Notes under the pieces: model-generated
Told to the model about the DNA's origin: nothing
The model's input: the letters and a program-made list of their open reading frames with translations, nothing else
Databases searched by the model: none
Position numbers and translations under genes: made by a program
Shown here: positions 13,294 to 27,400 of the stretch, in pieces
How positions within the stretch are numbered: the stretch's first letter is position 1
Layout: every line of letters begins with the position of its first letter
From: Octopus vulgaris
Taxonomy: Eukaryota
Direction of reading: 5' to 3'
Length of the DNA: 64,000 nt
NCBI GenBank assembly: GCA_951406725.2
Contig: OX597820.1
Coordinates: 102,424,001 to 102,488,000, forward strand

Positions 13294-13374
13294 ACATATT
13301 GATGCTGCGATCAAAGGAATTGAGAAAATCAGAAATGGTGTTATAAGTCAAATAAAAGAGATTCAAGATAATAA
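13294..13374 (+). CDS. candidate host coding exon (81 nt, HIDAAIKGIEKIRNGVISQIKEIQDN), or a terminal exon ending at TAA 13376-13378
   Basis: Strong acceptor TTGTTTTTTCCCCAG, open amphipathic-helix-like frame in non-repeat DNA, and GTAAAG donor giving a symmetric phase 2-2 exon. No product recognised. Confidence 0.4.
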
Positions 13375-14677
13375 GTAAAGCATTGATAGATTTTTGAGAT
13401 GTAAAGTATCTCAGACTAGATTTTACAATTTGTCTTTTTTAAAAGATGCTGGAGTATGATTTGAGGGAAATTTAGCTTCTGTACCTATAATGTCCATTAG
13501 CCATGTGGAAACTCTTTTATTGGCTCCTTATAAAAGGCAATTTGAGCTAGCCGCTACCCGCGAATGATCATGGCTTGGTAACATGTACCATGTCTTCGCT
13601 AATTGTTTTAGGTGACTTTGTAGTCACGAACAGACATAGAGTTCCTCTCGCGTCTCTCCCACCCTTCGATCCAGCAGCACACTCAGGATGTGACAGCTGG
13701 GAGAAGAAAGTGTCAACAGCTCTCGGATGGCACTCGTTTACATTTAATTAAACTGGAGCAACATGATATGAAGTAATTTGCTCAACGAATTGAACCTACG
13801 ACTTCCTACTTATTAACACTTGAACCAACCACTAGATTACAAGCTTTCAGCAATCAGTAGGGTTGCTTGATGAAGTGGGTTTGGTTGTTGCATTAACCTG
13901 ACTGAGACCCAGCGTTTGACATCTTTGACTGGATAGAGCAAGTTGTTTAAATGAGAGCTGCAATGAGGATATGAAATTGTTCGCTCTATGCATAATACAA
14001 ACTAATGACATAACATTCCAAACAAATGAAATAAGATTCTGCTTTTAGTTTTTTAACAGTTGTTCTCTAAAAGAAAAAAGGGCGTAATAAAATATACAAG
14101 AAGTGCGTTTGGAAAGACAGCTAATATCAATTTCCACCCTTATCTAATTTTAAATAAAAAAAATGTTATCTAGCCGGTAAATTAACTGCTGTAGTTTATT
14201 AACAGCAGAGTAATTTCCGACCACAGCGCGCCAAATGAAGGCATTTGAAAGATACACATAAATATGATTTGTGGAGCTTTATACATGCTAGATTTCGGCT
14301 GAGCGCCCTGTATCTAGTTCTAGAAATTGTATTTCGTAAACGACAGACTACGCTTACGATCTTGCAGACGTTTACATATACGTAAATATTAACAAGTGAA
14401 ACTAATTAGTACGTAAGTAATCGTTTTTTATTTTCGTATATTTTCATTTGTCTTATTTTTAAACTTTGGTTTTTGCTGAATTTTTTCTTGAGAAGACATT
14501 CTTCGTGGTAAATGACGAGTTTGACGTCTATATCTAGCATACAGGCTGTCCACTATTAGTGGTCATTCCTCTAAATTTTGTATGTATAAAATCTTTAATC
14601 TTCGGATTTTAAAAAAAATATGCTAGGCCACTGGTTTTAATTGATTAATATCAATTTCTACCCTTATTTAATTTTAT

Positions 14678-14711
<34 letters not shown>

Positions 14712-16049
14712 TTCTCATGTTTCTATATGTTATACGCTGAAATCTCACTGGCGTTCGTATTTATTTTAGCACTCCGTCATTCTGAGTATCGTTACACGAC
14801 ATCATATGATGTTTGCACATTGTGACAATAAATAAACCCGGAAAGGGGGGAAGGTGAAACAATGATGATGATAATTACGATGTCATCGACGACGAACACG
14901 CGATCATAAAGTGTAGAATAAGCGAGAGCGAAAGAGAAAGTAGACAGAATAAGAAGGAAGAGATGATAAAAGGCAAAGGGATGGAGCGATAAAGAGGTAA
15001 AGTGAGAAAAATTGGGAAGAGAATGATGTACACAAGATAAGTGAGAAAAAAAAGTGTGGCAGAGGGAAGTAAAAGTAGTTTAGGAATGTAAAAGTTGATA
15101 ATATAAAAGAACAGGGTACGATGGATGGTTTTACCTGAACCGTAAATATTACTTCGCTTTAGGGGCTGGATCCAGTAGAAAGCTATATTTTAGTTGGTTT
15201 CTTTTGTGATTCAGATTATTACTGGCTCAACAACACAACTTAGACTGCTTTTCAAGAAATAACTCCTTTAATGAATCAATACATTATTAGTCTTCTTAAG
15301 ATACCATTATGATATCTCAAGTTTGGTATTTTCAATTAACGATTGCCAACTAATATTAACCCTAGCTACCCAACAGACCTCAGGTTTGTTTTTGATTTTT
15401 AAAGGGACTGATCCTTACTAACTCTGTTAATCATTGGCTTCCATTGGTTATTAACTTACATTTTAGGCAATACACTTCAGATATCAACCAATCCAGTAGA
15501 TCTACTTAATGAAGGCTAAGCTTGGGTTAAAGAACTTCAACAAACCTACATATGATAAAAGGAGGGAGCTCACACGCGTTCCCACAACCTATAAGAAATA
15601 GCATCCAAATTACTTCCAAATAGTCGCCAACTGTTTTAAGATATAAAATGTTTTCTTAAATTCCCGTTCGGAGATAGCAATATATCTTTTCTTATCGCTC
15701 ATTTACTTTGGCGTGTTAGGGATGACATCAGCTTTACGCATTATTAACTGGACGTTAGACGCCTAATGTAATGGACAAACCTCTGCATTTCTACATGTGT
15801 AATCTGGCATGATGCAGCTGGTGGATCTAGTCGATCTGATTGTCATGTTAATGGAACCGCAACTATAGATTATCTTCAAAGAATGCCTATTGAAATCTTT
15901 TGTACCTCTGATACAAATTTTCGTTAGGTTTACGGAAACGTAGTGTAAACCAATATTGAGGTCAAGAGTAACATCGAAAGTTTGTTTTTATTTGGATTCA
16001 ATTAAAAGAAATGTAATGCTTAAAATTCTTGAAAAATAATTGTATAAAT

Positions 16050-17050
16050 AATTACGAAGTTGTTCTTAGACCGAAGGATTAAAATTAACAACAGTTAAAA
16101 TATATCAAGTCGGTATGAACACCCCACTAATCTTTAGGAATTTGTCCACAAGTTGATGTAGTAGAAACAATCCGATCACTCTGTGGTTTGTGTGGATTAG
16201 GAAGGGCACATAATATTGTAGTCGCCTTTTTATGATTTTTGTTCAAATATAATCAAATTGTTCCTAGTAGATATAATTATATCAATTTCATCCTTGGATA
16301 AAATCATTAATTTTCATAGATTGTCATTTATAAATTATATTTGGTGAAACAGAAGAGTAATAATTATATATTATTGAACTGAAGGTTTGCTGCTTATTAT
16401 GTAGGCTGTACCGTTCTAAATGTTCACCCGTGTTATCCCAAAGAGTGAGTTGGATATAAATCCTTACTACTTAATATCTTTTGCTAATTTTACGTATGTC
16501 CTATTTGGATAGACAAACGAGTCCCATAGATTATCTCACGAAACTAGACCTACAATTAATAACTTTAAAAAATTATCTATAAGACTCTCTAAGCTATCAG
16601 CCAACGAAGAAATATTCCAAGATAATGCATGGTAGTATAGTGAGGTTTTAAGGAAGGGTCGTAATTATGAAAACACTTATATACTTGTCTATAATTACGC
16701 AAAATTGACTTCCAAGATTAACAGATCTAGGGAAATTACTAATACATCAAGAAATATCCGACTAATGTTCACTCAAAGAACAGTAATAATGTGGTAAAGA
16801 GAGATAAGAATAGCAATAGCACTAGCTTTCTGACTAATGTTAACTCAAAGAAAAATAATTATATAGAAAACGAAAGTAAGAAAATTGTCATTAAACCCAA
16901 ACCCATAACTATTATAAATGACATTCATCGGATACATTATCAGAGCTTTCAATGAATTATCAAAGATACAATGTGTTATGGGTCTCAGAACATATACCAC
17001 GCTATCAAAAATAGCAAACAGTGTAAAATCACTGAAAATCGTTTGTTTTC
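16050..17050 (+). mobile_element. degraded Penelope-like element (RT thumb / linker region)
   Basis: NFKKLSIRLSKLSANEEIFQDNAW*YSEVLRKG at about 16561-16659 resembles the PLE motif RLSxLSSNEEIFN..YxxALxKSGY, followed by an N/K-rich linker with a 72-bp-spaced repeat. Confidence 0.6.
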
Positions 17051-18839
17051 TTAAAATATTTTAATAATTTTTATCAGGGTCGATGAGAGCTAAAATGGAT
17101 CTATTACAGTTTTAGATAGTTATAAAAACTGAACTTGTGTTAGGGTAGAGAAAATGGGAAGTTGTTTTGATCGAGCTATTATTCTTAACAGAATTAAAGA
17201 TATAAGTAATGCGATATGGCTATAACTCGAAGTGAAACCGTGTTGCAAATGAGACTCAGCAGAAGTTTCTTTCGCTCCAGGTAAGCTCGGATAGAGCAGA
17301 TATGTAGCCAAAAGCATTCCAGCCTTGACCATCCTGTTTTTTATTTGGACGTATTGTAAGACAATATTTTATAATGTATTCTTTAAAAAATGTAAGAACT
17401 TGTCTGTTATTTCTAGCAGATAGAACGGTTGCAAAGAAGCACTCCTTATGGTGTGTGAAGTCAAGATAGTACCACTTGCTGTCACTTGACATGTGCGGAT
17501 GAATCACTTCAAAAATCAAGAACCAGTTATTAAAATGCTTGCATTTTACTAGGATATATTGAAAGAAACACAAGCTCAATAGCATCATCCAATTCTAAAA
17601 TGAAATTTGTGTACACATTCATATGTGTATTTCTATGTATTTTTCTTCGCTGGTCTTTTGTTGTGACTAAAGGCGACTGCAGGCTTTGCCATATGCATTT
17701 GTTATGAGTTCTTTGTGTTTAAATAACAGAGCAATTTATATTCAGTACAAGCGCAAAAGATTATATAAATATCGGTACAACGTACTTCAACTGACAGCAG
17801 TAGTCAATCCAACACGCATAGATTACTAAATATCTATTAGTTAATTGTTGCTGTCTCCAAATCTTTTGAATCCTGTTTCTATAAATCCAGAGTGCATGCG
17901 ACTTTGGGAGATATAAATTTATAACAATGGTTACTTCGACGTGTTCCGTGGACAGGATTCATTACTTTTTTAACAAACAAAAGGACAATTATTTCTATTC
18001 CACCAACTCACCATTTTATTAATTCTTTAATGTAAAACCTTACTTTATTTCGGATTTATTGCCATTTCCCATGAGCATAGTTATTACTTTCCTTTTATGT
18101 ATGTATTTACAAAGCATTACTGGTAGAATATGTGTAACTGGTATGTTTAGCTAGAGACAAGATTTGCAAGAAAAGGAAGTCGGTTGTGTGCTCTCAGTTT
18201 CCTCAATGACATCAACTGATGAATGATGCAAACTGTCTTCATTATCCGGGGAATTGTGATAGCGTCGCAGTGGATGCAAGAAACTGGCTTTTTTTCACCA
18301 CGGCGAAGTTTATCACGAAACATAAAAATAGCCAGCCTTCCGCTAACGAGAATGGCTTCGTAACATGCACCATGTTTTCTCTAATTATTTTAGGTGTCTA
18401 TGTAGGCCCGAGCAGATATAGAAACCCTCTCAACTTTTCCGGTAGCACATCCAGAATGTGATCGTTAGAAGGAGAGCTGTACCAGTAACATGTGACTAGT
18501 ACTCATCTTCAGCTCAGCAGACGGGACCGATGCGATGAGATGTTATTTACTCAAGGGCACGATCTAGGAATTGAACCGACGACATTATGATTATGTGCTA
18601 AACACCACGCGCCTTCAGAAACAAAATAAATTGAAGTAATAAATGATAAATAGTTTCAAGAGGTATATTGAGTTATAGACACGTTGTTGCTTAAGTGGTT
18701 CACTTAACATTAAGAAGGTGGAGAATAAACTTCTTCATGGAAACGGTACCAGTTAGTATTTATGAATATGTAGTAGATCTCTCTTAGAATCTATCCACCA
18801 TCCCCGAACTTGCCTATCTAATCCGTTGTTTAGCAGTAC

Positions 18840-18934
<95 letters not shown>

Positions 18935-19264
18935 CCTGTTTGTCTGTCTGTCTATCTTTATCTTCCTTTCCCCCCTTTCTCTATCTATCTAAATACGCAT
19001 ATATTGCTCCTATTCTTATAACTAATTGAAAGAAATACGCGTTATAGAATTCGATATTCGTCACAAAAGACAATGAAACGCTCACAAATATATATAAAAC
19101 GAGAATTTTGTATGAAAGATTACTGTATATCTTTCCAACAGTGCAAGTAACTATAGGCTTGGGGTCTATAGACTTATTTGAATTTTCTTTCTTCGTTTTT
19201 GGTTCATGTTGTATCACAGGATTTGAATTGCTAAACTTTACAATTCTATATTGTACTCTCTCTT

Positions 19265-19340
<76 letters not shown>

Positions 19341-19449
19341 GTGTGTTTGTGTGTGAGTGTGCTCGCGCATATATACCTACAAATATATAATTATATATAC
19401 ACACATACATATATACATACATAGACACACATGCATGCATATATATATA

Positions 19450-19522
<73 letters not shown>

Positions 19523-20580
19523 ACATACACATATATATATATATGTACGCGTGTGTATGTACTTATGAATATATATAAGGAAATACAACACACTGCAAAA
19601 TATTAACAATCCCCGTAAGTCATGAATATAAATATATTCTCCTGATGTGTCATTGGTTTTCTAATGCGATCGTTTCTTTAGAAACAATTCAAATGGATTG
19701 AATACTCTAGAGAAGAGAAGAACTGGACTGTGAACAAGATCAATAATTTCCTCTCTTGTCATATCATTCGCATGTTGGAGATGACGGCTTAATTATAACT
19801 TCCGGCGCTGTCTGATTGTTTTATCTTGTAAAATATTCACACAGAAAACAAAAGTAAACGTTTATATTTTCATATATATATGTAAATTAAAATGCAATCT
19901 CATGTAAGTCACCGTGAGGTATTTATGAAAACGTTTACTTTGCAAGCGTTAGAATTTTAATCTCAAGGGACCCATTTTATTTTACACAATTGGTATCAAA
20001 CCTTTAGAAAAACGAGCAAACGATGTATCTTGGCTCCATTCTAAAGTCGGTCGGAGATAACATTCAACAAGGAGCGTGGAATGATACAGTGAACCATACT
20101 GAATAATATAAATTCTACAATACATAACAGCGACGTTATCAGTTATATGGAAACATCAAAGGATGCAGATTGGGAGAAATTTGTAATATTTTATCAACAA
20201 TACGAAGAAAAATTGAAGCAATATTTCTATAGAATTTATTGGTTTCTTGGATAGCATATAAGATTTACGAGTAGGGCAAATGTCATGTAATATTTAGCTA
20301 TTTTCAAGAACATAAGCAACTTATGTAAAGTGAAAGATCTAAAACTCAAAATCAAAACTCAGTGACCCACTACAAAATATATAATTCATACTTGGCATAA
20401 ATCTCTCCCATGTTTTATAAGAGAGGAAAAGGGATGTCTTGGAATGTTTATTCTATTTCTTAGGAATATAATGAAAATAGCCACGATGGTGTTGCATTGG
20501 TTTGCTGAATTTTACTGCATTAAAGCTACAAATACCTTTTCAAAAGGTCTGTACAATCATCCATTCATCCATCTGTCCGT

Positions 20581-20636
<56 letters not shown>

Positions 20637-20668
20637 TTTATTTAAAGCAGCAGAAAATTCAACATAAC

Positions 20669-20706
20669 CTGTTACTCTGAGTTTCCCGTTGCCGTTCATC
20701 GGACAG
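20669..20706 (-). ncRNA. minimal type I hammerhead-like motif, U4C core variant
   Basis: CTGT-CCGATGA-ACG GCAA CGG-GAAA-C TCAGA G-TA-ACAG. Stem I is CTGT/ACAG, stem II has a GNRA loop (closing pair mismatched), and stem III ACTC-A-GAGT is quasi-palindromic. Confidence 0.65.
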
Positions 20707-20824
20707 TTTTTGCTAGAAATAAATAAAGCATATTACTCTACCACTGGTATTTGAGTACTCTTTTTTCCACCATGTTTCACATTTATGTGTTTACTCCGGT
20801 ATATATATATATATATATATATAT

Positions 20825-21496
20825 TTTGTACGACTCTATTATTCCTTCTATTCTTTCACTTTTCCTTCTTTCTATCAGCCCTTCCACGCTTAGTTCGTTC
20901 ATTCCACTCGTCGTTCTTTCGTTTCCCCTCTCTCATATTTCCTGACCTTCTCTTCATGCTCACTTTTCCCTCCTCTTTCACTTTACAGTGTCCCTCTCAT
21001 TTTCTCTCGACCCTCCTTAATTCATCTATCCCTCTGCCTCTACCTCTCTCTTTTCTCTCCCCACGTGATCGGTGTTCGGCCAAGCCTGACCTTTCTTTCT
21101 TGGTTCGACTACCATCCGTGCAACATCTATATTCCTCCCCGTGCCTGTCAAATCTTATGCCCCTACCGTAAGGCTTTATTTCCACATACGCCAGCTTAAT
21201 TCAATTTGTTCATAGTCGAAGGACACCTGTTGTTATGTCCTGTTATTTGCATTTGTATTTGTGTAAAAATTCTCCGTTTTTTTCCGTCCTTGTTTTCGTA
21301 TACATTCGCTGCTTTCTTCCAAGGAATTTCGTGCTCTTAGTTTTTCCTTGGAGCTGGCCAGACTGGAGCAATCTCGAGTATAACCAACTGAAATTGCAAA
21401 GATAATCTGGAGCTCGACTGAGGATAAAAACTCCGAATGACCCGTCCTTGTTTTCTTTGTATCGTCTGTCTGGATGTTTTGAGTTCTTGTCCCATT

Positions 21497-21500
<4 letters not shown>
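20825..21500 (+). mobile_element. Penelope-like 3' terminal region between microsatellites, related to 30161-30340
   Basis: Pyrimidine-rich tract, then GAAATTGC(A/G)AAGAT..CGAATGACCCGTCC..GTTCTTGTCCCATTT, shared with 30161-30300 (minus strand). Family assignment is inferred. Confidence 0.5.
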
Positions 21501-21592
<92 letters not shown>

Positions 21593-21751
21593 GCAGTGTG
21601 CAATATTTTTCCACAAAGGGAAACAAACTATAATTGTCACCAAATATGATAGTCCCTATCAATATATGTGTATACAATTATGTGACTTGAATATTGCATT
21701 AGAGCACTTTAGCTCTTATTTCTAGCAATGTAGGTGTTTCTAAGACCATAG

Positions 21752-21789
<38 letters not shown>

Positions 21790-21792
<3 letters not shown>

Positions 21793-21950
21793 ATAAGGAG
21801 TAAAGACCCTCTTCGGTCACGAATGACCATGGGATTGCACCTAGAAGTTTCCCGCAGAGGCACAAGTCCGGGCAAGGTTGTTTTGTGGAAGACAGCAGTC
21901 GTCCATGCATACCGGCCTCCACTCTCCACGCCAACGTTGTTGTTGTCCAC
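21790..21950 (-). mobile_element. retroposon 3' tail fragment (RTE-related) inserted in microsatellite
   Basis: GC-richer island ending ATCCCATGGTCATTCGTGACCGAAGAGGGTCTTT (stem-loop) abutting (TA)n. Confidence 0.4.
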
Positions 21951-21977
21951 ACACGCACACTCACACACACACACACA

Positions 21978-22029
<52 letters not shown>

Positions 22030-22261
22030 ACTCACGCGCATGCGCACAGATATAACTATATATGCATGCATTACCCTCTTTCAGAAACCTGAATTTGCAT
22101 ACCTCGGAAAAAATTCTCTGATTTCCTAACAACTTTTCACAACTTTTCACGAGTGATTTGTAATGAAACAATTCACTATGAACATAGCAACTTTCAGATT
22201 CTAGGGTTAATCCTGGAGGATCAACTCATATTTACTTTGTCAAAATAATCTTTTCTTCTCT

Positions 22262-22826
22262 AAACACAAGGCCCGAAATTTTTGGAGGAGCGGCCAGTCG
22301 ATTAGATCGACCCCAGTGCGCAACTGGGAGTTAATTTATCGACTCTGAAAGAATGAAAGGCAAATTCGACGTTGGCGGAATTTGAACTCAGAACGTAGTG
22401 GCAGACGAAATACCTATTTCTTTACTACCCAAAAGGGGCTAAACGCAGAGAGGACAAACAAGGATAGACAAACGGATTAAGTCGATTGCATCGACCCTAA
22501 TGCATAACTGATACTTAATTTATCGACCCCGAAAGGTTGAAAAGCAAAGTCGAACTCGGCGGAATTTGAACTCAGAACGTAGCGGCAGACGAACTACCTA
22601 TCTCTTTACTACCCACAAGGGGCTAAACACAGAGAGAACAAACAAGGACAGACAAACGTATTAAGTCGATTAGGTCGACCCTAGTGCGTAACTGGTACTT
22701 AAGTTATCGACCCCGAAAGAATGAAAGGCAAAGTCGACCTCGGCGGGATTTGAACTCAGAACGTAACGGCAGACGAAATACTGGTAAGCATTTTGCCCGG
22801 AGTGCTAACGATTCTCTCAGTTCACC
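22262..22826 (-). mobile_element. head-to-tail trimer of SINE family A
   Basis: Three units each contain GGCGG(A/G)ATTTGAACTCAGAACGTA..GGCAGACGAA, about 180-185 bp apart. Junctions read GACGAA(A/C)TACCTAT(T/C)TCTTTACTACCC. Confidence 0.9.
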
Positions 22827-23080
22827 GTTTTTCTATGTCAAAATACCAAGGTTCCAATGGAAGCAATGTTTTCCGATGTGCTTTCTTTCACTAGGAGGTA
22901 CTACGAAGGCTTCATTTACGCAACCAATGATATTAAATTCACATTCTGACAAATTTTGTTCAATCTCTGGCAAATATTATCGTCACTAAACGAAAATTTA
23001 TAACCAAAATGAATTTTCTTCAGAAGCATTTGAGCAGTTTGCAGAAAAAAAAGTTAAGTAGAAGTAAATGAGAGAGAGCG

Positions 23081-23136
<56 letters not shown>

Positions 23137-24243
23137 AGAGAGAGAGCGAGAGAGAGAGAAAGCGAGAGAGAGAGAGAGCGAGAGAGAGAGATGGAAAGGG
23201 AGAGAGAGGAAGAGGGAGGGAGAGATAGAGAGGGAGATAGAGAAAGAAAAGATGATAGTGATAGAAAGGTTAAAAATCATCGCTAATCTTGGTTAACATG
23301 TTATCTTTTCTTAACCTAAAACCTTCAGAATTTTATAACATGACAGTTTGCAGTGAAAATGGACACATAATTATTCATTTTCATCTTCCATCACAGCATA
23401 TTAAACTGCAATAAAATTGTTTAAATCTCTGCATTTGATTCAGGGAAACTTCCAGTGTAACGTTTAGAGATAAAATTGAAAGAAATATGCTTTGGCAAGA
23501 AACGGTAACAGAGGAGTTGATGAGATTAAACGTGTGTTTATTTCGGTGAGTTACTTCAAATGAGTGAAGCGCTGTGCCGTGTAATGTCCTTTTAATTAAA
23601 CAGATGTGAAAAAAAAAGAAGAAATATTATACAACCGAAGAGAGATAAAACAATATCATACGAAAAGTGCACTTTTCCAGTTAAACGAGTTTGAAGTGAG
23701 TTACTATCAACAAAAGCAAAATAATTTAAAATACATAGTTTTTCTAGAAAGTGGCAGAATTTTCTGGCTAGAATGTGTTTTGGATTTTATCTAATGACAT
23801 TTCCAGAACGATATCTTTTCCTCTTTCACAGTTAGCAATCTATTTCAAGGTTAAACAAACAATTGTTTTTGGTTGGAAGAATAACAAAGATCATACTTGC
23901 TTGGCATATAAAGTATTCTGGTGACTGGTATCAGTTCAGAAGTGTACAGTGACTCATCACCAAACTTAACGCGTTTTTCCTTTGTATTTTAGGCAGAAGA
24001 GAAGGCTCTGCTCACGATCTGTTATAAAGCCTTCGAAACTAATTGGGGGGAGAGATGAAGGTATCTTCAAATAAGAAACCTGGCCCGAATGGTCGCAACA
24101 ATGTGGATTTTGCAAAAGTCACACGTGGTGCCAGATTCTGGTATTAAACCGGACGACAGGGTGTCTACTACAAAAGTAATAAATGACAGGATTCAGACTT
24201 AGAACGCAACAATCCGAAATAAATACCTTAAGACATACAGTCC

Positions 24244-24400
24244 GATGTTCACTAGAGTTTCTCATAATCACCGCCTTAGACTGGTACATTTTAAACAACA
24301 CACAAATGATGAAAGGCAAAGCCAATATCTGCAGGATTTGAACCCAGAGAGCAGGTACTCGGAACAAATACCACAAAGCATCTGACGCTCTAGTGACTCT
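24244..24400. repeat. ~157-bp local direct duplication, copy 1 (copy 2 at 24878-25034), includes a diverged SINE head
   Basis: GATGTTCACTAGAGTTTC...GCAGGATTTGAACCCAGAGAGCAGGTACTCGGAACAAATA...TAGTGACTCT occurs twice. Confidence 0.85.
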
Positions 24401-27400
24401 TCCAATTCGCCGCCTTTGAGGATGTTGAATCTTATATGTGCGCATGTTTCCAACCTCCGAGAATGTTATGTGTCGTATCTACAAGTAAAAACAAATTCTA
24501 CCTGCTTCTTTAGTTATTTTTTCTGGTAATTAAGTTCTATGGGATTCAGTCTAATCTTTGTCTACTTGCATGTCCCTCAGACATGAAGAAACATATTATT
24601 TCCGTTTTTTTTCTTTTTGATTTCGTAAAGTCTAATGAACCATACGGTTAATTTATCTGGGATGTTTCCGAAATAAAATGCATTAAATATTCTTCGTGTT
24701 TTGATCTCCAACGGAACAAAAATCATTAAAATGTCAAAAATAACCGTTTGTCTCCCCACCATACGCCCCCATACAAATTTTTGATAGAATATTCCTGATG
24801 TAGTTCTAATCTTCCCCAGATTTTTGTTTTGAGTGGTCTCTAAAAAGATGAACATTCATCAAAAGTTTGCTGGTAAGGATGTTCACTAGAGTTTCCTATA
24901 ACAACAGCCTTAGACTGGTGCACTTTAAACAACGCAGAAATGATGAAAGGCAAAGCCGATATCGGCAGGATTTGAACCCAGAGAGCAGGTACTCGGAACA
25001 AATATCGCAAAGCATTTGATGCTATAGTGACTCTAATATATATATATATATATATATATAAAAGAATTTGTATTACCTCTTTCCCGGAGTCCCGCTCTTA
25101 TTTTTCTGTAACATACGTATAGAGATGCCAAGAAATACCTTACGGCACTTCGTTAGGCTCATTTGGTTTTCAGATAAATCTATCAAACTAATAAGGTTTT
25201 CCTCGTAGCCATTCTCCCCATTTTACTCTAATGCCAACAACTCCGGGTAAATAGTTTAAAATAAACACTTCTTCGATTGAAATACTTCTGAATAGTTCCG
25301 AGTATCATATACCTTTACATGAAATGCGTTTACTATAAGTATGGGAGAAATTTATCCGACTCAGTAATTGGAACGTAGCACTAAGTGTTGCTTTCATGCG
25401 GAGTACAACATTTTAAAATTCAGGCATACTTGTATATTTCCCAATTTACTGCTTAAAACACGGCAAACTTAAAACGCGTTCCTTTATATCTATTTTGTAT
25501 ATTACTTCATGTTTATACCTTAATCAGAAAAGAAAGGACAGCATCCATGAGCCACCATAGACATTCTGAGACTGGTGGGAGGAAGTTATTTTCAACTTGA
25601 AATCCGAACAAAATATTAGCATCACAGTGGCGTTATAAAGTTACTTAAGTAACAGTTTATGGTTTTTAACCAGGCGATGGTTAAGTCTACCACCCAAAAA
25701 TAGACATATTAACATCAGATATTGAAAGCAAAGACTTACACACCACACACATATATACAAATGCATAATCTTGTTCACACTATCAATCTTTTACTGTATC
25801 TTTCACACTGATACACAGACACATCTTCTGAAGTTACAGATATTTATATACATTTGTACATAAACATACAGTTCCCCACTTCAATCATTTTATCGTTCTC
25901 TACATAATACGAATTGATCACTGTTCAAGATCTGGTTTAGTACTTTTTCTTGATTGAGAGTATATACAATATGAAATCCACAAGGAAATATATAGCTTGA
26001 AAATATTTGATATAGTGCTGAATTAAGTCCTCTATACATATAATTCTGTGGTTGGAATAACTTTTTCCAAACTAAATATTAATATAAATAGTATAACAGT
26101 TTGCAGTTTCAAATATGTCGGGCAAGTAATGCAGTTTTTAACACATACAAATGAGAATATTGTTTCAATTACTTTTCCATTTCCCACAGAAATTCATTAT
26201 ATACGGCAAGGACACGATTTGACAGTATGGGAAACTAAAATAATTTTAGGGATAGCTGTTTGAAGCGAAGACGCATATTACCGTTTTGTTCATATTCTTT
26301 TATTTTGAAATAGTATTATATAATTCTTTTATATACCTTTTTACTGCTTCGTTGTATACGAACTCCATGCTCACTGACAGTCTATTCCACTGAATTTATA
26401 TGACAATGATGATTGTATCTCAAGGCAGTTTTATTATTATATGAAATTTTTCTGCTGACGTTACTGAAATGTTTTGTATATTTGTGTGTCCATTCAGCTT
26501 AGGAGCATTCACCTCTGTCATTATGTTCCGGATACATCTCTCCAGAATGTGAGAGGTAACGTTCCACTGAACACTTGAGTCAAACTTTGCTTTCAATAAG
26601 CGATCTATTTCATAGCAACTCAGCTGGGTGTATATAGGCTAGCAAATGCTTCATCACACACGTCCTCAGATAATAAAATCAGTGCAAAAATAATTTCCTG
26701 ATTTCTGTGTAGGTTTCGCCAGTGAAAATGTTAATCGAGAAAAGAAGTAGGAAACGAAAATAGATTTGGTAGGAACATAAACATTTATAATCTTTGCTCT
26801 GTTTGTGAGCGTACTAGTTTGTAGCCTAGAAATCAATAAAGTGTAAGGTAATATGCAGTTCAATAAAGTATCACGTCAAAATCTTCACATCTGTTTCTAT
26901 ATTGAGTTTCTTTGTTAACGTTTCCTTTTGGCTTAACGTATTCTATTTTCAGATATTGATTCGTTATATAGTTATTGATTGGTTTACTTATGACCAATTT
27001 ATATAGATACAAATAAATGATTAATTAAAAAAAAATTAGAAAAAAACAAACAAAATTTAATATTATTCATTACTGATGTTTAAATCTATAATTTGGTTTT
27101 GTGATGATGAAAATGTTTAAGGTAAGTAAATGTCAGGTGAACTACGTCAATGATTTGACTGCCACTTCATTTCACTTGTGTAGCTTATGTCATTGATGCA
27201 CAAACATCACATTTAGCTATCTTCGTAAAAGAAAAGAAAAATGAATATATTATGTGCAGTACAAGAAATATGGCAGTTTTCCAGTGATCACCTATAAGTC
27301 AGCTGTTCGATCTACTGAATTACCTACTCTTGAATAACGTGTTGAACATCTCAGCATTGCACAAACCATGTGCATCTTTAACTTAACTCTCAAACAGAAT

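Noticed and set aside
17256-17588. 110-aa minus-strand ORF behind a TTTTAG acceptor
   Set aside because: No recognisable domain. Only vague resemblance to a decayed DDE transposase, so neither exon nor TE could be supported.
20090-20253. Short protein-like frame (METSKDADWEKFVIFYQQYEEKLKQYF)
   Set aside because: No convincing acceptor or donor and no recognised homology.
21415-21450. CTGAGGA...CGAATGACCCGTC as a hammerhead
   Set aside because: GAAA box altered, no stem II or stem I pairing, and the related copy at 30215-30250 lacks the core.
22262-22826. CRISPR-like or satellite array
   Set aside because: Units are whole SINE copies without unique spacers; eukaryotic context and no cas genes.
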